Positions 16,150 through 22,326 of a stretch of DNA of 44,692 bases are shown here, in pieces. Both the position numbers and the translations under genes were made by a program. The DNA comes from a virus: the IMG/VR virus record IMGVR_UViG_3300029263_000582; one strand, given 5' to 3'. The notes below the pieces were generated by a model. It saw only the letters and a program-made list of their open reading frames with translations. It was not told where the DNA came from and searched no databases. The stretch's first letter is position 1. Every line of letters begins with the position of its first letter.

Positions 16150-17335
16150 AGGTTGCTACCTAGGCATAGAGGTTGAGCTAGAGAACGTGACACAAGGTGT
16201 TACTACTTACGACGAGGTGAAGTACCATAAGCTTACGAAGAACTTAGTACGCTGTATCAAGGACGGTTCCTTACGTGACAACGGTGCGGAGTTCATCTTT
16301 AATCAACCATTAATGTACGGCTCACGTGAGTTCGAGCAGAGTATTGATTACATAGAGCAGGTAGGTACTAAGGTACAGGCAGTAACATCTCCTCGTACGT
16401 CAACTCACTACCACCTTAACGTTACTGACTTAACAGTACAAGAGTTACGTAACCTGCTGTATGTATCGTTACTGATAGAGCCTGTGCTTATGAAGTACTG
16501 CTCGTCACACCGACAGCATAACAGGTTCTGTTTACCTACATGGCAGTCAGATGTTATCAGCCCTATGAAGCTGTGCTTGCAATGGGCGGAGCAAGGTAAC
16601 GCTGACGATGCTGCGTACTACAGTGTTGACCGTACTAAGTACAGTAGTATCAGTCTGCATAGGTTACAAGACTTAGGTACTGTAGAGTACAGAATGTTTG
16701 ACGGTACTTATAACAGTGCAGTTCATCGTAACGTAGGTAAGCTTCTTAACTTCTTACGTCGTATCAGTACTCGACGTACACTAGAAGAGATTAAGGAATC
16801 CAAGGTTCAGGGACGACTACGTACTGTACTTACATCAGTACTACGTACTGCATTCGGTACTAAGATTAGTACTAAAGAACTACAAGAACTCCTTGATTCA
16901 GGGACAGTACAGGCTAATGACCTAGTACGAGCTGACATTAAACGAGGAACTATACAAGAACTTAAGAGGAAGATAGATGATTTATCTAACAAGTTGGAAC
17001 AACGGGAAGACAGCGAGGGAACTGAGCCGACGATTGAGTCCTCTGAAAGGCCGACTCCTACGCCCAGAAGGTTCACGGCTACGCCGACTAGCTTCTCAGG
17101 GACAGCACCTAGTAATCAATCTAGGACGTTCAGCGATTTACAGTACGAGTATGACCTTGAACAAACCAGACTCCGTCAAGAACGCTCAGAACAAACTACT
17201 AACATTCCAATGCCTAGCGGATTCACAAGAGACCCTGATACCGGAGCACTACGTTACACTGGAGACAGCGTTCCAAGCAATGATAGACAACCCGACGTGG
17301 AAGATAGTCCAACGAACCCTGCTCCGGGGTTCTGA
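16106..17335 (+). CDS. Amidoligase_2-type carboxylate-amine ligase with long low-complexity tail
   Basis: LGIEVELE, DGSLRDNGAEFIFNQP and STHYHLNV are amidoligase motifs. ATG at 16106 after a GAGGTG RBS. The last ~120 codons are S/T/P/R/E-rich and overlap the ATP-grasp gene in another frame. Confidence 0.7.
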   Translation: MKKKLSELFRIPQHKGCYLGIEVELENVTQGVTTYDEVKYHKLTKNLVRCIKDGSLRDNGAEFIFNQPLMYGSREFEQSIDYIEQVGTKVQAVTSPRTSTHYHLNVTDLTVQELRNLLYVSLLIEPVLMKYCSSHRQHNRFCLPTWQSDVISPMKLCLQWAEQGNADDAAYYSVDRTKYSSISLHRLQDLGTVEYRMFDGTYNSAVHRNVGKLLNFLRRISTRRTLEEIKESKVQGRLRTVLTSVLRTAFGTKISTKELQELLDSGTVQANDLVRADIKRGTIQELKRKIDDLSNKLEQREDSEGTEPTIESSERPTPTPRRFTATPTSFSGTAPSNQSRTFSDLQYEYDLEQTRLRQERSEQTTNIPMPSGFTRDPDTGALRYTGDSVPSNDRQPDVEDSPTNPAPGF

Positions 17336-17783
17336 AGGGAAGGGTATCAGTATTCATGATGACCCTAGTACACTACAGCCCGCACCTTTGTACGTTCGGT
17401 ACATCCCTAAGACTCAGGAGTACAGAGTACATGTTGTTAAGGGCAAGGTGATTGACGTACAACGTAAGGCACGTAGCTCTGATACACCTGACGAGGATGT
17501 TAACTGGCAGGTACGTAATCATAAGAACGGCTTTATCTTTATGAGGGAAGGGGTAACACCTGACTCAGTACCTGAACAGGTAATACTTAACAGCTTAGAA
17601 AGTATGCGTCTTCTAGGTCTTGACTTCGGTGCAGTAGATATTATCTGGAACCAACAGCACGATAAGGCGTACGTCCTTGAGGTTAATACCTCACCTGGTA
17701 TGACAGGGACAACACTTGATAAGTACTGCGAGGCTTTCCAAGCAGTACATGATAACACAGAGATAGGAGGTTGGTATGTTTAA
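16977..17783 (+). CDS. RimK-like ATP-grasp ligase
   Basis: AAGAGGA RBS with a stop just before the ATG. N-terminal pre-ATP-grasp region (VINLGRS, LNKPDSVKNAQNKLLTF), then EYRVHVVKGKVIDVQRK, NHKNGFIF, LDFGAVDIIWN and VLEVNTSPGM. Confidence 0.8.
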   Translation: MIYLTSWNNGKTARELSRRLSPLKGRLLRPEGSRLRRLASQGQHLVINLGRSAIYSTSMTLNKPDSVKNAQNKLLTFQCLADSQETLIPEHYVTLETAFQAMIDNPTWKIVQRTLLRGSEGKGISIHDDPSTLQPAPLYVRYIPKTQEYRVHVVKGKVIDVQRKARSSDTPDEDVNWQVRNHKNGFIFMREGVTPDSVPEQVILNSLESMRLLGLDFGAVDIIWNQQHDKAYVLEVNTSPGMTGTTLDKYCEAFQAVHDNTEIGGWYV

Positions 17784-18195
17784 GTTCAGGGTAGGCGACA
17801 AGGTACGTAAGATTTCTAATGGCACAAGTAATTACCCGATAGGCTACGAGGGTGTTGTAAATAAAGCAGGCGTTAACTGTCTCTACGTAGATGGGAAGGG
17901 AGCTAGCACCCGAGCAGTCTATTGGGAACTGGTAGAAGACAAAGCTAAGTACCCTAACGGTAAGCACCCACACCATGATATAATCCTTGAGTACGCTAAG
18001 GGTGCTGAGCTAGAGTTCTTTAGTACCTCAGTGAATGCATGGCGAAATGTCCTATCCCCTGCTTTTGCGAAGGACACCCTGTACCGAGTCAAGCCTCAGC
18101 AAGACCCTGCTGTACAGGCTGCTAAGAAGAAGATAGAACAGGCGGAGCAGATGCTTCGTGAAGCTAACGATGAACTGGATAGGCTAGGACTATGA
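17776..18195 (+). CDS. Hypothetical protein with N-terminal SH3-like VGD.VR.I repeat
   Basis: 139 aa. FRVGDKVRKISN resembles the repeats at the N-terminus of ORF 14179. Confidence 0.65.
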   Translation: MFKFRVGDKVRKISNGTSNYPIGYEGVVNKAGVNCLYVDGKGASTRAVYWELVEDKAKYPNGKHPHHDIILEYAKGAELEFFSTSVNAWRNVLSPAFAKDTLYRVKPQQDPAVQAAKKKIEQAEQMLREANDELDRLGL

Positions 18196-18383
18196 ATAAA
18201 GGATCAACAGAAGCAAAGAGCTACTCCCTGTGCAGGATATTCAACAGAGAATCGGATGACGTAATAGATAGGTTCGTTATAGATTCTTACTTTAAGGACA
18301 GCGTTAGGAAGAAACATAATACCAGCACAACTTATGTTAGGTTCACAACTGCACGTAATGCACGTACTAAGGATATCTTTTGA
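18192..18383 (+). CDS. Hypothetical protein
   Basis: 63-aa ORF, translationally coupled on both sides. Confidence 0.5.
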   Translation: MNKGSTEAKSYSLCRIFNRESDDVIDRFVIDSYFKDSVRKKHNTSTTYVRFTTARNARTKDIF

Positions 18384-18601
18384 TTATATACACATCACTT
18401 ACTTGCAAGCCATGCAAGGAACTTAAAGAGGAGCTCAAGGGGTACGACGTACAACCTGAGTACGTAACCTTACCTAACCCAGAGGTTGACCATGCTGCAC
18501 TAGGTATACGTACTGTACCTACTATGATTCATGGTAACTACTTCAGGTCGGGGTACGATAATATTATAGGATACGTACAAGAGAACTACGAGGAGGTATG
18601 A
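18380..18601 (+). CDS. Glutaredoxin/thioredoxin-fold CxxC protein
   Basis: TTG start (TTGA overlap, AAGGA RBS). IIYTSLTCKPCKELKEEL followed by VPTMI is typical of a small glutaredoxin-like fold. Confidence 0.6.
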   Translation: MIIYTSLTCKPCKELKEELKGYDVQPEYVTLPNPEVDHAALGIRTVPTMIHGNYFRSGYDNIIGYVQENYEEV

Positions 18602-18675
18602 TGTTCGAGAACCTTTATGATAAACACCCACCACCTAAGAAGAAACCTGTTCAACCTAAACCTAAGGAGGACTAA
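18598..18675 (+). CDS. Possible 25-aa coupling micro-ORF
   Basis: MMFENLYDKHPPPKKKPVQPKPKED. It bridges the gap exactly, with ATGA and TAATG overlaps. It may only serve translational coupling. Confidence 0.25.
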   Translation: MMFENLYDKHPPPKKKPVQPKPKED

Positions 18676-19615
18676 TGGCTGGTGTACAGATAGATAGTAT
18701 ACCTCATTCCTGTGGAGGTAGTACTAAGGTCTTCGATGACCAAGGTAAGATAACAGGGTACTGCTTCAGCTGTGGTACGTTCGACCCTGACCCTTATAAA
18801 GATAAGCCCGAAGGGTACAAGCCACCTGAACCTAAGCGTCAGTCAGCTGAGGATATACAGGAAAAGATTAATGAAATCAAAGAGCTAACAACTGTTGATG
18901 ACACAGCCCGTAAGCTAGGAGCTAAGTCCCTTGGTTACTTCGGTATCAAGACTCAGCTCAGTGAGTACGACGGCTCAACAATCACAGCTAAGTTCTACCC
19001 TTATACAACTGACGGTGTGCTGACTGCATGGAAGTGCAAGACTCACGACAAGAAGTTCTTTAGTATAGGAGACATGAAGAACTGTGACCCATTCGGTTGG
19101 GAGCAGGCGATGCGTTCCGATAACTACACCCTGTTCATAACAGAGGGAGAGGATGACGCGGCTGCTTTACTTAAAGCCTTGATGCCTAACTGGAACAAGG
19201 ATAAACCTCCTGCTATTATCAGTACATCCTCTGGTGCAACAGGGGTTAAGAGTATTACTCGACGTGCTGATACTATTAACCGTAGGTTCAAGCAGGTAGT
19301 ACTGGTCTTCGACCAAGATGATGCAGGTGCAGCAGGGGCAAGGAAGGTAGCAGGTCTCTTAGAGAACTGCAAGGCAGCATCCTTTGAACTCAAGGACGCT
19401 AACGACATGGTCAAGGCAGGGCGAGGCGACGAGCTAGCTAAGGCTGTGATGTACGAAGGTAAGCCTATGGTATCAGGTAAGTGCGTCCGCTCTTCTGATG
19501 CATGGCACTTAGCTGAGGCTAAGGTAGAGTGGGGGCTTGACTGGCCTTGGCCTACGATGACAGAGAAGACACGAGGACGACGACGAGGGGAGGTGTATTA
19601 CTTCGGCTCCGGTGT
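18675..19615 (+). CDS. Primase-helicase (T7 gp4-like), exon 1
   Basis: Zinc-finger cysteines (HSCGG...CFSCG). TOPRIM motifs FITEGEDDAAAL and VLVFDQDDAG. The ORF runs into the helicase P-loop (EVYYFGSGV) and then hits a stop inside the intron. Confidence 0.85.
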
Positions 19616-19926
19616 TTGTAATTAAGCATCATTCAACCGTGAGGTTGTCTAAAGAACTACGTGAACTCAGGGGAACTCTAGAACAGACAATCCTGAGCGA
19701 AGCCTTGAGATTAGTTTTATGTAGGAAAACAGTAAGACACCTTACACATAAGTAAAGGTTCTAATCTAAGGAACGTGCAACGACTATCCCGTAAGGGAGT
19801 ACACTCAAGTGAGTGGAAGCGCGTAGCCCTCAGAAATGAGGTGATGATATAGTCTAGTCTGCATGGGGACATGCAGCAGTTCATAAGAGAACGGGCTAGG
19901 AGTAACGACCCTAGTCGAATGTAACG
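19616..19926 (+). ncRNA. Group I intron 1 (ORF-less, resembles the T4 td intron, 311 nt)
   Basis: P1: 19611-GGUGUUU pairs with AAGCAUC-19630, with a U19615.G19626 wobble. GGGGAAC...AGACAAUCC core. P7: GACUAU (19782-87) with AUAGUC (19849-54) inside GAUAUAGUC. CUGCAUG-GGGA-CAUGCAG hairpin (19859-76). Terminal G at 19926. Stops in all frames. Confidence 0.8.
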
Positions 19927-20449
19927 AAAAATGGGTAAGAGTGTAGTAGTTGACCAGATGGCTGCGTTCTTTGCAGCTACTCAGGATACACCTGTTATGC
20001 TAGTCAAGCCAGAAGAGTCAGTACCTAATACCCTTAAGCGTCTAGCTGGTAAGGCTGCACGTAAGGTGCTATGGGACCCGAAGGTTCCTTATGAGAAAGA
20101 GGACTTCGATAAAGGTAAAGCTATCATCGGCAGTAACGCTATAGTCTTTGACTCCTATCAGGAGATACGGTGGGCTGACGTTAAGAAAGAGATACGTACT
20201 AACGTAGAGGTATGCGGTGTAAAGGATGTGTTCCTTGACCCACTGACCTGTTTCACAGTAGGTATGCCTATGTCAGTAGCTAACGAAGAGCTTATCAGTA
20301 TAGCCTCAGAGATAGCTACTATGGCTAAGGAGCTGGACTTCACAGCTTACTTGTTCTGTCACCTTAACGCCCCTCAGTCAGGGCTACCTCACGAACGTGG
20401 TGGTGCAGTACAGAGTCAACAGTTCAGTGGCTCACGAGCTATGATGCGT
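19927..20449 (+). CDS. Primase-helicase, exon 2
   Basis: The junction gives ...FGSGV-KMGKSVVVDQ (P-loop). Walker B-like DVFLDPLT, then FCHLN and FSGSRAMMR. It ends on U20449. Confidence 0.85.
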
Positions 20450-20682
20450 CAAAGGCGCATGTAAAACCAATCTAATTCAGGGAAACCCTATCAGAAATGA
20501 GGGCAATCCTGAGCGAAGCCTTAACAGGAACGTGCAGAGACTATCGAAAGCAGAAGGTTAACACCTGAGAAGTGAGTAGAGTAGGGACGACAGGAGTTAT
20601 CCCGAAACGGTTGGGCTACGAGAGTAGCGTGATATAGTCCGATACTTGTAGTAATACAAGACGTAAGGATACTAACATATTG
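20450..20682 (+). ncRNA. Group I intron 2 (ORF-less, 233 nt)
   Basis: P1: 20444-AUGCGU pairs with GCGCAU-20460, with a U20449.G20455 wobble. It shares the CAAUCCUGAGCGAAGCCUU core with intron 1. P7: GACUAU (20539-44) with AUAGUC (20634-39). GCUAC-GAGA-GUAGC and CUUGUA-GUAA-UACAAG tetraloop hairpins. Terminal G at 20682. Confidence 0.8.
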
Positions 20683-20874
20683 TTTTGCCATCAGATGTGG
20701 GGACTAGAGGGTAACAAAGACCCTGACTTACCTGATGAACTACGTAACTGCCGTGACTTAGTGCTCCTAGAAGACCGTAACTTCGGCGAGTCAGGTCGTA
20801 TTAAGATGCAGTACCATTCAACTACAGGTTGCCTTGAAGAGATGCAGCCTAACTTTGGAGAGCACGATGATTGA
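20683..20874 (+). CDS. Primase-helicase, exon 3
   Basis: The junction SGSRAMMR-FCHQMWGLEGNKD aligns from memory with T7 gp4 [21 protein letters not shown]. Exons total 1656 nt, giving 551 aa in frame. Confidence 0.8.
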   Translation, partial: FCHQMWGLEGNKDPDLPDELRNCRDLVLLEDRNFGESGRIKMQYHSTTGCLEEMQPNFGEHDD

Positions 20875-21124
20875 ACTACTAGACGAGGACGACTACGGCT
20901 ATGAAGAAGGAGTTAGCTTCCCTATATACTTACCAGACTGTGCTCTACGAGCAGAGGGGGATGTCTTTATTGAGGTCGCAGGAGAGGCGCTTGGGGAGTT
21001 CTTCGAGAGAGAAGATACTTACCCCTTCCGTGTAAGAAGCGCTCGTATAGTACCAGAGCTACCTCTTAACCAAGTAATAGGCATCCCCTCGTTAAAGGGT
21101 AGGATATTTGGAGAACAAGAATGA
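20867..21124 (+). CDS. Small acidic-tailed protein, paralogue 2 of 3
   Basis: ATG at 20867 inside ATGATTGA, which overlaps the helicase stop. MIELLDEDDYGYEEGVSFPIYLPDC...PELPLNQVIGIPSLKGRIFGEQE. Confidence 0.75.
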   Translation: MIELLDEDDYGYEEGVSFPIYLPDCALRAEGDVFIEVAGEALGEFFEREDTYPFRVRSARIVPELPLNQVIGIPSLKGRIFGEQE

Positions 21125-21783
21125 CAGAAGTAGAGAGTAAGTTCCCTACCGTAATAACACCTGAGGTATTCAGCTCCTTGTACGAGACACTAGAGAAGGA
21201 TGTCCTCTGGTTCTGTGGCAACAAGGGTATACCTGCTGATGATAGACCTGATGTCTTTCATGACTGCATGGAGAAAGTATGGGCTGACCGTGAGATGTTC
21301 ACTCGTATGGGTAACGGTCGTTCTCCTGCTACCTTTATGTACCTTAAGTTACGTACAGCAGTAATGGAGTACTTTAACTGGGTTAACACAGGGACTAAGT
21401 CAGGTAACACACAGTCCAAGGTTAAGATTAATACGTACCTTAACTCTTACGAAGAGATGTTCCTAGGTTACACTGACTCAGACCAAGACACTAGCAGCTC
21501 TCTTAGTCTACAGTACGAGCAGCTTGAACCTCTGAACGTAGGGTACGCTGAGGTCTTTAAGATACTTGATAAGATGCCTGACCTTCTACGAGAGTACGTA
21601 GTCTGTAAGGCTGAGGTAGATACAGGCGGTACTAACAGCTCACGTAAGGAACTAACAGCCCTTATGTTAGAGCGTGGGCTACCAGTACGAATGCGTAACG
21701 AAGTCTCTAAGTTCCCTACAGTAGATGCTTATGAGTCAAGACTTCGTACGTTCTTAACATCTAAGGAGATACGGAATGATTGA
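21121..21783 (+). CDS. Possible sigma-70-family (ECF-like) transcription factor
   Basis: 220 aa. DVFHDCMEKVWADREMF...ATFMYLKLRTAVMEYF resembles sigma region 2. MPDLLREYVV...VDAYESRLRTFL resembles region 4. SKFPTV occurs at both ends. The motif match is weak and from memory. Confidence 0.35.
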   Translation: MTEVESKFPTVITPEVFSSLYETLEKDVLWFCGNKGIPADDRPDVFHDCMEKVWADREMFTRMGNGRSPATFMYLKLRTAVMEYFNWVNTGTKSGNTQSKVKINTYLNSYEEMFLGYTDSDQDTSSSLSLQYEQLEPLNVGYAEVFKILDKMPDLLREYVVCKAEVDTGGTNSSRKELTALMLERGLPVRMRNEVSKFPTVDAYESRLRTFLTSKEIRND

Positions 21784-22030
21784 GCTTAAGAGTAATCAGT
21801 CTTGGGGGTTCGAGGTTGGAACTAAATTCCCTGTGTACCTCCCTGATTGTGCAGTAGTAGAGAAGGATAGCAGGATGTCTTATATATTAGGAGAGTTCTT
21901 AGGCAGATGCTTCGCACCGACAGAGGTGTACGGTTTTACAAACGACCAGCTAAGAGTTGCCCCTGAACTGCCCCTTAACCACGTCATCGGCATACCATCG
22001 TTAGAAGGTAAGATATTCGAGGAGGATTAA
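21776..22030 (+). CDS. Small acidic-tailed protein, paralogue 3 of 3
   Basis: ATGATTGA overlap with the upstream stop. MIELKSNQSWGFEVGTKFPVYLPDC...PELPLNHVIGIPSLEGKIFEED. Confidence 0.75.
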   Translation: MIELKSNQSWGFEVGTKFPVYLPDCAVVEKDSRMSYILGEFLGRCFAPTEVYGFTNDQLRVAPELPLNHVIGIPSLEGKIFEED

Positions 22031-22326
22031 TGAATTGCGATTTAATAACCGAGTATTCCACGGGAAGTAGAAAGATACTATTCCAAAGGCTTGTAATGTA
22101 TAACAAGGTTGTTGCTGAGTACCAAGGAACTTGGTGCGAGCTGTTCAGCACAACCTCTTACAAACGGCTTAAGTGTACTGAAGAGAAACTTAAAATGGAT
22201 ATAACAAAACGACTGACTGCTATTTACAACGCTCCTGTTTATGTAGAGTTCAGGGGGTCTAGGTACAAGGACGACGTGTTACTTAAGAGGAAACAAAAGT
22301 TCTTAGTAATTAAGAAGGAGAGCTAA
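22030..22326 (+). CDS. Hypothetical basic protein
   Basis: 98-aa ORF, A+T-richer than its neighbours, coupled on both sides (TAATG overlaps). Confidence 0.6.
   Translation: MNCDLITEYSTGSRKILFQRLVMYNKVVAEYQGTWCELFSTTSYKRLKCTEEKLKMDITKRLTAIYNAPVYVEFRGSRYKDDVLLKRKQKFLVIKKES

Noticed and set aside
19617-19930. Primase and helicase as separate genes with a non-coding spacer, or an intein-split helicase
   Set aside because: The break falls in the middle of the P-loop. The spacer has stops in all frames, so it cannot be an intein. It also carries group I intron P1/P7 signatures with in-frame ligation.
19921-19933. Alternative 3' splice sites for intron 1 (after G19921 or G19933)
   Set aside because: G19921 would put a TAA in frame. 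G19933 needs a 5' site after 19616, which lacks the U.G wobble in the P1 helix, and it gives a P-loop two residues shorter than T7 gp4. The choice still needs experimental confirmation.
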